Part shown: piece by piece, positions 36,166-44,099 of the stretch
Layout of the letters: every line of letters begins with the position of its first letter
How positions within the stretch are numbered: the first letter of the stretch is position 1
From: a virus
IMG/VR virus record: IMGVR_UViG_3300034072_000679
Coordinates: 1 to 59,154 of that record
Strand: one strand, 5' to 3'
Length of the DNA stretch: 59,154 nucleotides
Translations under genes and position numbers: made by a program
The notes under the pieces: model-generated
The model's input: only the letters and a program-made list of their open reading frames with translations
Databases searched by the model: none
Told to the model about the DNA's origin: nothing

Positions 36166-36666
36166 ATGGTTATCGAATCGCTTAGGACCCATTGGCCCGC
36201 TCGTAAGATGGAATGGCTCATGTCGGGCGTTCTGATCGCTTGGGGCGCGTATGTCCTGAGCAATCCAGAGATGTTCTACTTGCCGGAGACACGCGCGCTC
36301 TGGGCGGGCATGGCGGCGTTTTCTGAGCCGTTGACGCAACACCCGGCGCTTTTCTGGGGCGGAATTGCTTTCACCGTCGGAATCGGGCGCGCAGCCGCTC
36401 TGTTCGTCAACGGCGCGTGGACCCGAACTCCGATGATCCGGTTGATCGCCAGCTTCGTCTCGATGTTCATTTTTACGCAGATTGTCATTGGTCTGCATCA
36501 CACAGGGGTTCCCAACACGGGCCTTGTCGTCTATCCGTGGTTCGTAATCGCTGACCTCCTTTCAGCATACCGGGCCGCAGTCGATGTCGTACACGCGGAA
36601 AAGCAGCGGGAGGTCATAAAGGAGACCCGCCGTGACAGCCGCCGACATCGCAGCCTCGTCGCCTGA
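36166..36666 (+). CDS. Multi-pass membrane protein (holin candidate)
   Basis: 166 aa with about four hydrophobic segments; first gene of lysis cassette. Confidence 0.5.
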   Translation: MVIESLRTHWPARKMEWLMSGVLIAWGAYVLSNPEMFYLPETRALWAGMAAFSEPLTQHPALFWGGIAFTVGIGRAAALFVNGAWTRTPMIRLIASFVSMFIFTQIVIGLHHTGVPNTGLVVYPWFVIADLLSAYRAAVDVVHAEKQREVIKETRRDSRRHRSLVA

Positions 36667-37024
36667 CCTCTCGGCGATTGCTACCAGTCTCACTGTTTTC
36701 TTCGTCGCCATCGCCGCCGTGGTCGGAGGCATCTACAAGGGGATGAAGGAGGTCAAGAAGGAAGGGGTCTCTGACGGGAGTGGCGGAAAGGCCGCCATTC
36801 TTGTCGATCCTTCCGCCGTCCGCGATCTGAGCGACTCGACACGTTTGCTCGTGGAATCCAATATCGAGCTTCGCGAACTCATGCGCCAGCTTGTCCGGCG
36901 CACGGACGACATGACCGAGGCTCTGCGCAATCACCGGGAGATCATTCGATCCCAGATCGAGGAGCAACACCGGCTTAGAGCGGCTACGGTCGATCTGGTC
37001 GATCAACTGCGGAGGCGGACATGA
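36632..37024 (+). CDS. Single-pass membrane protein (holin/antiholin candidate)
   Basis: GTG seven nt after AAGGAG; TM LTVFFVAIAAVVGGIY then charged helix. Confidence 0.5.
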   Translation: MTAADIAASSPDLSAIATSLTVFFVAIAAVVGGIYKGMKEVKKEGVSDGSGGKAAILVDPSAVRDLSDSTRLLVESNIELRELMRQLVRRTDDMTEALRNHREIIRSQIEEQHRLRAATVDLVDQLRRRT

Positions 37025-37461
37025 CGCGCTGGGACCAAGACGCGCCGGGCAACAGCATCAAGACGACAGAGACCCCGGCCACGGCGGAGATCGACGTGCA
37101 GGACCCGCTGCCGGAGAGCAATTTCTTCTGGCGGCGGGTCTACTCGTATCTCGCTACCTTCTCGATCTGGGGCTTGCTGACCTACGTGGTTCACAAGATG
37201 GCGGATGCTGAGTCGCTCCGCTGGGCGGTGACGTGTCTATCCCTGCTGCTCTGGTTCACGATCACCTACTACATGATCGCGCCTAGCGCCGAGCAGATCA
37301 CCCGGATCATCCAAGCCGCCCGTACGCTGCGCTCAGGGGTCGATATGACGCGCCGGGCACGGGTGGAGCGCAATGGCCGCGTGACTGAGGCAGAGACCCA
37401 TGCAGGCCGCCCGCACGAGGATACCGAGGACGCAGCCCCGAGGAGCCGCCGATATGACTGA
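37021..37461 (+). CDS. Two-pass membrane protein (holin candidate)
   Basis: YSYLATFSIWGLLTYVV and AVTCLSLLLWFTITYYMIA hydrophobic segments. Confidence 0.5.
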   Translation: MTRWDQDAPGNSIKTTETPATAEIDVQDPLPESNFFWRRVYSYLATFSIWGLLTYVVHKMADAESLRWAVTCLSLLLWFTITYYMIAPSAEQITRIIQAARTLRSGVDMTRRARVERNGRVTEAETHAGRPHEDTEDAAPRSRRYD

Positions 37462-38254
37462 ACGCATGACCATCCCCCGCTCGCTCTATGAGCAGTTGCG
37501 CCAGATCGTCGATGCCATGGAGCAGGGCGTGGAAGCTGAAATCGTCGTGACGGCTCCTCGGCCTGCCCCGGCAGCCCCGGCGCTCGATCCCGGCGCTTCT
37601 GCTGACGCGTCGTTCGCCTTCCGGGACTACGGGGCCTTCTACGACTGGCTGCGCGAGAACGACATGCTAGGGCCGAAGATCAGCGCCGAGGAGTTCGAGG
37701 GTTGCGACCGGATCATCCGGGCCTGCGCCAAGGACGGCTGGGGGGTCTCGTGGACCGCCTATGCGCTGGCGACGACTTACCACGAAGTCAACGGCACCAT
37801 GCAGCCGATCAAGGAGATCGGTGGCCCGGCATACTTCACACGGATGTACGATATCCGGGGCGCTCGTCCGGCCAAGGCGCGGGAACTGGGCAACCTCAAG
37901 CCGGGCGACGGGGCCAAGTACGCCGGGCGCGGCTATGTCCAGTTGACCGGGCGCACCAACTACGACCGGGCGACCAAGAAGCTCCGGGCGCTCGGGTTCG
38001 ATGTCGATCTGGTCGCCCAGCCTGAGCGGGCCATGGAGCCGGAGATCGCCGCAGCGATCCTCGTCGCCGGTATGCGTGAGGGCTGGTTCACCGGGCGTGA
38101 TATCGCCGACGATCTTCCGGCGCGCGGTCCTGCCCGCAATGCCCAGTTCGTCGCCAGCCGGGACATCATCAACGGGCGGGACAAGCAAGAGATGATCGCC
38201 GGGTACGCGGTGGACTTCCAGACCGCCCTCATGGCCGGGGGCTACAAGGGTTGA
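37454..38254 (+). CDS. Endolysin, glycoside hydrolase family 19 type
   Basis: ATG 37454 eight nt after AGGAG; YHEVNG...LGNLKPGDGAKYAGRGYVQLTGRTNY motif. Confidence 0.8.
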   Translation: MTERMTIPRSLYEQLRQIVDAMEQGVEAEIVVTAPRPAPAAPALDPGASADASFAFRDYGAFYDWLRENDMLGPKISAEEFEGCDRIIRACAKDGWGVSWTAYALATTYHEVNGTMQPIKEIGGPAYFTRMYDIRGARPAKARELGNLKPGDGAKYAGRGYVQLTGRTNYDRATKKLRALGFDVDLVAQPERAMEPEIAAAILVAGMREGWFTGRDIADDLPARGPARNAQFVASRDIINGRDKQEMIAGYAVDFQTALMAGGYKG

Positions 38255-38414
38255 CCGATCAGTCGAATCAGTCTAGGCACGGTACATCGCACGGCACTGG
38301 GGGCGGGTGCCTCTCTAGGTCGCGATGATCCGAAGGACCGGCGGATGCCGGGTGATAGGATCGCCGAGAGTTTGCTAGGCCGGACGCAGACTCTCTCCTC
38401 TCCCAGATTCAAAG

Positions 38415-38454
38415 CCCCGCCGTCCAAACCCCCCGGACCGGCGGGGTTCTCTTT
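38415..38454 (+). terminator. Hairpin plus T-rich tail after endolysin
   Basis: CCCCGCCG(38415-22)/CGGCGGGG(38439-46) then TTCTCTTT. Confidence 0.45.
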
Positions 38455-38512
38455 GGCCTAGACCCGGCTGGCGGTCTAGGCTAAAAGGGCCTCCCCTGAC
38501 AAGGAGGATACC

Positions 38513-38920
38513 ATGTCACTGATCGCCTCTATCGGCGCGTTCCTGCCCGGCCTGCTGGGTAAGGAACTCCCCTACAAGACAGCCCGGATCGCGGGCTTCA
38601 TCACTCTCGCTATCCTCGCCACCATCATGCTCTCGCTCGGCAAGTGTGCTTATGACGCTTCGGTCGTCGCAGACCACGAACAGAAACGCGAGATCGCGGC
38701 GGGCGAGGCTCGCGAGGTCGCGGCTGACCAGCGGGTCGAGGACGCAATCATCAATGCTCAGAAAGAGGAGGAACTGAACAATGTCATCGAAGCTGCACCG
38801 GGCGGGGAGCTTAGCCCTGCTGCCCGCGCTCTTGCTTGTGAGCGCCTGCGCCGCATCGGGCGGGTACCCCCCGCTTGCGGACCTGAAAGCCGTGACGGAG
38901 CCGAAGCCGGTCCCCGGTGA
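38513..38920 (+). CDS. i-spanin (Rz-like)
   Basis: N-terminal TM, charged periplasmic helix; contains the start of the o-spanin gene in another frame. Confidence 0.65.
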   Translation: MSLIASIGAFLPGLLGKELPYKTARIAGFITLAILATIMLSLGKCAYDASVVADHEQKREIAAGEAREVAADQRVEDAIINAQKEEELNNVIEAAPGGELSPAARALACERLRRIGRVPPACGPESRDGAEAGPR

Positions 38921-39065
38921 CGAGATCGCCACGGACCCGCAGGCCGAGGCCAAGTACAACGCCTCGGTCGAAAGCTGGGGCGACCGGCTCCGCTCCGCCG
39001 GGGTCCGGCTCTGCAAGTTCTTCGACGAGACAGGGATGCCCGACCTGAACTGCCCGAAGGACTGA
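38781..39065 (+). CDS. o-spanin lipoprotein (Rz1-like), overlapping the i-spanin gene
   Basis: Signal peptide with lipobox LLLVSAC; Pro-rich mature part. Confidence 0.65.
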   Translation: MSSKLHRAGSLALLPALLLVSACAASGGYPPLADLKAVTEPKPVPGDEIATDPQAEAKYNASVESWGDRLRSAGVRLCKFFDETGMPDLNCPKD

Positions 39066-39071
39066 AACGAA

Positions 39072-39120
39072 GAAGGCCCTGCGCGAGGAGTCGAAGCCGA
39101 CACGCAGGGCCTTCCGTTTA
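39072..39120. terminator. Bidirectional terminator between convergent blocks
   Basis: GAAGGCCCTGCG(39072-83)/CGCAGGGCCTTC(39103-14) then CGTTTA. Confidence 0.65.
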
Positions 39121-39185
39121 GCAGCGGCGGGCGGTCGAGAACCCGGCGCGCGCGTTGCTCCCAGAGAAGCGATTCGGGGTATAGT

Positions 39186-39341
39186 CTAAGCGACCGGGGG
39201 TTTCAAGGCGCGGGGGCGCGGCGCACGGGTCGTACCCAGATGGCGCTCGATCCCGGCCCCGACAATGCGCTGGAGCGGGGTTTCCTCGGCCACGGTGGCC
39301 TTCGGGCGGGTCTGGAGCGTCCGGTGCGGGATATGCGGCAT
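39186..39341 (-). CDS. Small hypothetical protein
   Basis: ATG 39341 after GAAAGGA, 51 codons, last gene of leftward block. Confidence 0.3.
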   Translation of the reverse strand: MPHIPHRTLQTRPKATVAEETPLQRIVGAGIERHLGTTRAPRPRALKPPVA

Positions 39342-39342
39342 A

Positions 39343-39816
39343 TCAGGTCCTTTCTGCCCGGAAGCGCAGCCATGGCTCCCAGAGCGGCCTGACTGTACGA
39401 CGGACCTCCTGTGCATACAATACCGTCGTATGGGTCCCTGAGCGCCTGCCGCTATCGAGCGCCCATAGCTCGTCACAGTGATCGACGATCCACCTGTCTC
39501 GCCCGATGTAGGCGCTGTTGAGCGCGAGCCGGGATTGAACGTGGACCCGACTGGCCCCCTGTATGCACCACGCCCAGTCCTCCTGATCTGCCTTGGGCCA
39601 GTGGTTCGGCTGGCTGGGGAAGGGGAGTGCCGCGACGTAGGGCAGGCCCGCATCCATGGCGGCCTTGGCGATCTTGAGGTCCCAGCCGCGCGCCATGCCG
39701 GTAATGATTTCCGTGCAGCCGCGCTCGATCATGAGGGCAACAGAAAGCCGGGCGAACATCAACAGTTCGCCCGGCTCCTGTACAACGTCCCGGTGGCCGG
39801 TAACGCCGACGATCAC
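39343..39816 (-). CDS. SLOG-fold protein (DUF1273/YpsA/YoqJ-like)
   Basis: N-terminal VGVTGHRD and TGMARGWDLKIAKAAMDAGLPYVAALPF pattern. Confidence 0.6.
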   Translation of the reverse strand: MIVGVTGHRDVVQEPGELLMFARLSVALMIERGCTEIITGMARGWDLKIAKAAMDAGLPYVAALPFPSQPNHWPKADQEDWAWCIQGASRVHVQSRLALNSAYIGRDRWIVDHCDELWALDSGRRSGTHTTVLYAQEVRRTVRPLWEPWLRFRAERT

Positions 39817-39819
39817 GGG

Positions 39820-41064
39820 TCAGAGGCCGCCCATGCCGTCATCCGCCGATTCCGGGGCGCTGGTGGCTTCCGGCGGGGTAGCCGGGGGTTCGGTAGCCGG
39901 AGCGGGCTTCTTCGCGTTCTGGGGCTTCTGAGCGGGCTGCTTGGGCTTGGCCTTCTCAGGGGTCTTGCCCTTCGGGGCGGCCTTGCCCTTGGCAGCAGGC
40001 TTCTTGGCAGCCGCCTCGGCGAGCAGCTTCTTCTCCGCTTCGCGCTTGGCAGCGGCCTCGGCCTTCGCCTTCTCGGTAGCCGCCTTCTTGGCAGCGGCTT
40101 CCTCGGCCTTGGCCTTCTTCTCCGCTTCGCGCTTGGCAGCGGCCTCGGCCTTCGCCTTCTCGGCGGCAGCCTTGGCGGCCTCGGCTTCGCGATCCACGAC
40201 ATGCACCGTGATCTCGATCTTGCCGTCCTCGGCCAGCTTGTCGCCGTCGCCGATCTGGACCTCGGCCCGGATCGCCTTCGCCATGTTCTTGAGGATGTCG
40301 CCCATCACGTCGCCCGAACCGAAGTTCATGGTGATCGCGACCTTCTTCATCTTCGGCCCGGTCGGCGCGCTCGCGGTCGTCTTGGGGGTGGCCTTCGCCT
40401 TGCCCTGCTCCTCGGCCTTCTTGATGCGCGCGGTGATCTCGGCAGCCGCGTCCTTGGTGCCGTGCTTACGAACCAGCTTGACGGCTTCGGCCCCGGCGAT
40501 CTTGCCACTGGCGACGGCCTTCTTGACGGCCTGATTCGCGTCGGCGAGGACGAACAGGTTATCGACGTGGCGGGTCGTGCGGCCCAGTGCCGTCGCGATC
40601 TCGTCCTTCGACATCCCGAGACCCTGCATACGACGGACGACCGCCGCAAGCTCGACCATGTTCAGGCGCTCGCCCGCGTTACCGTGGGCAAGGTGGATGG
40701 TCAGGTCGCGCACCGTCGCGCCGTCCTTGGCCCACGCGACCGGCAGGCCGTCGGGGAACTCGGCACCATCGAGCAGAGCCGCCTTGGCCGCGTCGAAACG
40801 GTGTTCGCCGTCGTAGATGTAGACGGTGTCGTCGCCGGGCAGCATGGTCACGGCGAACGGCTTGTCGTCGAAAAAGCCGTTCGCGACGATGCTTTCGGCG
40901 ATCCCGGCGACACGCTCGCTGTAGTCGGCATCCTTGACGCGGGTGTTGAAGCCCGGCAGCACGGCGAGGTTGTCGAGCGCCACGCGCGTCGGCGCGTTTT
41001 CGGGGCGCACGAACGTCATGGTCGTGTCGAACTTGTCAGCGGGCAGATTGATTGCGGTGGTCAT
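39820..41064 (-). CDS. ParB/sulfiredoxin-like N-terminal domain protein with Lys/Ala/Glu-rich repeat tail
   Basis: LPGFNTRVKD, IYDGEHRFDAAKAA (GxxR box), central HTH-like region, AEKAKAEAAAKREAEKK repeats; ends ADDGMGGL. Confidence 0.75.
   Translation of the reverse strand: MTTAINLPADKFDTTMTFVRPENAPTRVALDNLAVLPGFNTRVKDADYSERVAGIAESIVANGFFDDKPFAVTMLPGDDTVYIYDGEHRFDAAKAALLDGAEFPDGLPVAWAKDGATVRDLTIHLAHGNAGERLNMVELAAVVRRMQGLGMSKDEIATALGRTTRHVDNLFVLADANQAVKKAVASGKIAGAEAVKLVRKHGTKDAAAEITARIKKAEEQGKAKATPKTTASAPTGPKMKKVAITMNFGSGDVMGDILKNMAKAIRAEVQIGDGDKLAEDGKIEITVHVVDREAEAAKAAAEKAKAEAAAKREAEKKAKAEEAAAKKAATEKAKAEAAAKREAEKKLLAEAAAKKPAAKGKAAPKGKTPEKAKPKQPAQKPQNAKKPAPATEPPATPPEATSAPESADDGMGGL
40027..40163. 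repeat. 50-bp exact direct repeat, two copies 87 bp apart, inside the ParB-like gene
   Basis: CTTCTTCTCCGCTTCGCGCTTGGCAGCGGCCTCGGCCTTCGCCTTCTCGG at 40027-40076 and 40114-40163. Confidence 0.85.
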
Positions 41065-41097
41065 GGTATCGGTACTCCTAGATTCCGGGTTTCACAT

Positions 41098-41403
41098 TCA
41101 CGACATGCCGAGAGCGGTCTTGTACGTTTCGAGCAGCATGTCTTGCTCGGCAATATCTTCGGGCTTCATCTTCCGGAGGGTCACGATCTTCCGCATGATC
41201 TTGGGATCATACCCGACCGCCTTGCCCTCCATGTAGACATCCTTGATGTCGTCGGACAGGGCCTTCTTTTCCTCCTCCAACCGCTCGATACGCTCGATCA
41301 GCAGGCGGAGGCGATCAGCCTCGATGTCGGCAGCCTTCAACTGCTCCGGGGACACGTCAAAAGTGTCGTCCTCCGAACCGGAATTATGGCCCATGCCAGT
41401 CAT
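41098..41403 (-). CDS. gapR: GapR-like nucleoid-associated protein (DUF2312)
   Basis: LRLLIERIERLEEEKKALSDDIKDVYMEGKAVGYDPKIMRKIVTLRKM...LETYKTALG closely parallels Caulobacter GapR as I recall it; start ATG 41403. Confidence 0.8.
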   Translation of the reverse strand: MTGMGHNSGSEDDTFDVSPEQLKAADIEADRLRLLIERIERLEEEKKALSDDIKDVYMEGKAVGYDPKIMRKIVTLRKMKPEDIAEQDMLLETYKTALGMS

Positions 41404-41480
41404 AGATTGTTCGACCTTTCGACCTTCAAGAACGAGACGACATCTGCGCCCGAAGAACGCAGATGTCAACCCGGAATCTG

Positions 41481-41491
41481 GAAATGATTTC
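41481..41491. repeat. GAAATSATTTC palindrome copy
   Basis: CTGGAAATGATTTCGCGC; intergenic between 41500..42033 and the GapR-like gene. Confidence 0.9.
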
Positions 41492-41499
41492 GCGCCGGA

Positions 41500-42033
41500 T
41501 CAGGCTTTCGTGATCCGGAAAGTGAAACCGTGCGGAATCGGGACACGTTCGACCTCATAGGTTTGTACGACGCGCTGCAAGTCCTCGGTCATGATCGTGA
41601 TCTCGACGCTCTGGGTCTCCAGATCAGGACCGCCGGGGTATCGCGACGGAGCAGCATCGAGACCGCGAGGCCACTCGTACTTCTCGACGGCTGCCGCGAC
41701 CGCCAGTTCGAGCATGTGGCCGGTGATCCCGATCTCCGACTCATGCCACGCCTCGAACACCTTGACGAAGTCGAAGTCCGTGCTGCCGGGATTCGTGCGC
41801 CGGATCATCTGGAGAACCTGCTCGTCGTCGCCGGTATATTCGGCCACGGGTGAGAACCGCTCCTGCCAGCGCGCCCGGCTGGTGGCGCAGAGCTTGCCAT
41901 CGACCCCGGTGTAGATGACAGCGTCATGCCAGATGCCGACCGGCGTGGGTTCCTTGAGCGCCGCGTCGTCGGACAGGAGGCAGTAGAGGCCGCCGTCTGC
42001 ATGTTGGTAGAGGTTGTTGACCTTGATTGCCAT
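41500..42033 (-). CDS. Hypothetical protein with DUF1653-like N-terminus
   Basis: LYQHADGGLYCLL...AVIYTGVDGKLCATSRARWQERFSPV pattern. Confidence 0.55.
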   Translation of the reverse strand: MAIKVNNLYQHADGGLYCLLSDDAALKEPTPVGIWHDAVIYTGVDGKLCATSRARWQERFSPVAEYTGDDEQVLQMIRRTNPGSTDFDFVKVFEAWHESEIGITGHMLELAVAAAVEKYEWPRGLDAAPSRYPGGPDLETQSVEITIMTEDLQRVVQTYEVERVPIPHGFTFRITKA

Positions 42034-42043
42034 GTCGATCTCC

Positions 42044-42697
42044 TTACTGATGCCAGCCGTTCTTGGCGACCAACGCTTCGATCTTGTCCCGGATGGACTG
42101 CTGCTCGGCGCGGAGCGTCTGCATCTGCTTCTGGTGCGTGTCCGTCACGACCTTGATTGCCCGGCGGACCTGAGCGTCGGATTCATGCAGCTTGTCGTCG
42201 AGCGCCTTGAGCGCCTTCTGCAACGCTACCAGATCGTCCGGGACTGCGAGCGGGCCGAAGTAGTCCTCGCGGCACTTGGCGACGTATTGCGCCGAAGCTC
42301 CCGTCTCCTTGGCGATAGTTTCGTCCGAGAAGCCGTCGCGGTAGCGCCGCTGCTCCTCGTTGTAGGCTTCTTCCAGCCAGCCCATCACCGCGCGGTGGAC
42401 CTTGCGGGCATCGGGGGTCTGGGACACAGACGGCAGGGGGGTCACAGTGTTTTCAGTCATAGCAGGCTTCTCCTCGGCTCGCTGGCATGACGGGCAGATG
42501 GCTCGTTTGGGTGTTAGCTTCCAGCCTTGCTGGATGACCTTCTTGCGGATTGCTACGGGCGGCAGCCGGTTGCGAGCAAAGTCCACTTGCGCCGTAGCTC
42601 CGCACTCGCACGTCACCGTGACCCCGTTTGGCCGGGCCAACGCGTTCGGTACGTCGTGGTGGAGGCTGGCCTCCCAGTCTGCTTTCGTTCGGCTCAC
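42044..42697 (-). CDS. Hypothetical Zn-ribbon/HTH-like protein with coiled-coil C-terminus
   Basis: CECG...CPSC, ETIAKETGASAQYVAKCRE; 217 aa. Confidence 0.55.
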   Translation of the reverse strand: MSRTKADWEASLHHDVPNALARPNGVTVTCECGATAQVDFARNRLPPVAIRKKVIQQGWKLTPKRAICPSCQRAEEKPAMTENTVTPLPSVSQTPDARKVHRAVMGWLEEAYNEEQRRYRDGFSDETIAKETGASAQYVAKCREDYFGPLAVPDDLVALQKALKALDDKLHESDAQVRRAIKVVTDTHQKQMQTLRAEQQSIRDKIEALVAKNGWHQ

Positions 42698-42918
42698 ATT
42701 CCGATCCTTTCGTACTCTTTGTCAAGGCGGTCGAGCGCAGCGAAATCATTTCGGGCTTCTGCCTCCCGCCAGCGCCGTTTCCAGTTGCCATACTGAAACA
42801 CGAAAGACGCTCGGCAGCAGGCCCCGTAGAAGCTGGGCGGGAACTCGACCTCTCCCCGCCCAGCCAGATCAACCCAGATCGGGTCGATTACAGTTCCATC
42901 GTACTCCCGGAGGCACAT
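42694..42918 (-). CDS. Small hypothetical protein
   Basis: Internal ATG at 42918; upstream part of ORF 42694..43110 is Arg-rich off-frame sequence. Confidence 0.45.
   Translation of the reverse strand: MCLREYDGTVIDPIWVDLAGRGEVEFPPSFYGACCRASFVFQYGNWKRRWREAEARNDFAALDRLDKEYERIGM
42742..42752. repeat. GAAATSATTTC palindrome copy
   Basis: AGCGAAATCATTTCGGGC; read R-N-D-F on minus strand. Confidence 0.9.
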
Positions 42919-43202
42919 CCATGGGTCTCCATCATCTCGCGGATCAGGTCGGCTTCTTCGACCTTGCCGCCGGAATCTTCTATCCGGTCGAGCAGCTTGT
43001 ACACAGCAGCCGTGAACTCGGTCAGCCCTTGCATCAACGGCGAGTGATCGTTGTCGCCGAGCAAGAAGGCCCGAGTCGGGATGCCTCCGAACTTCCGGGC
43101 AGCGATGCACCGGGCCGCCTTCTGCTCGCGGGTGCCGGGTGCCATCTCGAACTCCTCGGCGGTCGGATAGGGGTAAGGGTTTGCGCGCTTATCTTCGGCC
43201 AC
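42888..43202 (-). CDS. Hypothetical protein
   Basis: GTG 43202 six nt after AGGAGA, just downstream of MazG stop. Confidence 0.5.
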   Translation of the reverse strand: MAEDKRANPYPYPTAEEFEMAPGTREQKAARCIAARKFGGIPTRAFLLGDNDHSPLMQGLTEFTAAVYKLLDRIEDSGGKVEEADLIREMMETHGCASGSTMEL

Positions 43203-43212
43203 GGTGGCTCTC

Positions 43213-43629
43213 CTAGATCGACTTGCCGCCCGGTTGGCGGCGGTTCTCGGGCTTGTGATCGGCGCGGCTGGCGTTGTACTCCAGCTTCTCGACGAGCGCG
43301 CCGCCGATGTCATAGCCGAGGCCGCCCGCGAGGTCCATAAGCCGGATGATCGTGTCGGCGATCTCGACCTCCGCCATCGGGCGATGCGGCAGCTTGTCGT
43401 CCTGCAAGCCCTTGCGGTACCCTTCCAGAGCCTCGGAGACCTCGCTATGCACGAGCGCCAGCATCTCCGGGACGTTGCGCTTCGGGCCGGGCGTGGTGTG
43501 CCGGAGGTCGGCCCCGGTGTGCAGATCGGTCCACCACCCGGCATCGAGGTTGCGCTGGTGGATGATGTCGCGCAGACGATTGAGCGACTGGCCGAGGAGG
43601 GGGAGGTCAGAGTCCGTTGTCGGGGTCAT
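43213..43629 (-). CDS. mazG: MazG-like nucleoside triphosphate pyrophosphohydrolase
   Basis: LVHSEVSEALEGYRK...EIADTIIRLMDLA (EExxE...D pattern). Confidence 0.8.
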   Translation of the reverse strand: MTPTTDSDLPLLGQSLNRLRDIIHQRNLDAGWWTDLHTGADLRHTTPGPKRNVPEMLALVHSEVSEALEGYRKGLQDDKLPHRPMAEVEIADTIIRLMDLAGGLGYDIGGALVEKLEYNASRADHKPENRRQPGGKSI

Positions 43630-43891
43630 GGGTAGACGTGTCCTTCTTCTTGCGGATGCTCAGGCCCTTCTCCTTGCGGAGAAACCAAGGCCAGAACCGG
43701 GAAAAAATCTTGACGTGCGGCTTGGCATACCGCGCGTCGTCGTGCATCGCCCGCCGGAGCGGGATCAGCTTGGGTAGATGGCTCTCGACGTGGTACGCGA
43801 GGTCCTTCTCGGTCGCCCGGCTGGTAGGGGGCACGGAGACTTCCACCACCACCCGGAGCTTGCGCCACGGTCGCTCGCGCATATCAGTCAT
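43607..43891 (-). CDS. Small basic hypothetical protein ending DPDNGL
   Basis: ATG 43891 after GGAGGAGG; 94 codons. Confidence 0.5.
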   Translation of the reverse strand: MTDMRERPWRKLRVVVEVSVPPTSRATEKDLAYHVESHLPKLIPLRRAMHDDARYAKPHVKIFSRFWPWFLRKEKGLSIRKKKDTSTHDPDNGL

Positions 43892-44099
43892 CAGGTACCT
43901 CCTCCAGCGCACTCGCCGGATAAATCTGAACAGAGTGCCGGTGAACATCGCTCTCGATGGCGTAGCCTTCGGGCGTAAACCCAGTCGAGTAGAAGCCGAC
44001 AACGTGACCCTGCCACTGGGAGCCGGACTTCTTGCGAAGCCAAGCGCCGATTCCCCAGCGAAAGCCGTCAGGTTTTTCTTCGGGCAGCAGACCGCACAT
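43884..44099 (-). CDS. dfrB: Type II (R67/DfrB-like) dihydrofolate reductase, SH3-fold
   Basis: [48 protein letters not shown] aligns by eye with R67 [47 protein letters not shown]; ATGA overlap with upstream stop. Confidence 0.8.
   Translation of the reverse strand: MCGLLPEEKPDGFRWGIGAWLRKKSGSQWQGHVVGFYSTGFTPEGYAIESDVHRHSVQIYPASALEEVPDD

Noticed and set aside
39186-39653. The 155-codon ORF overlapping the SLOG gene.
   Set aside because: Most of it is out-of-frame overlap with 39343..39816. Only the last 51 codons (39186..39341) could be an independent small gene.
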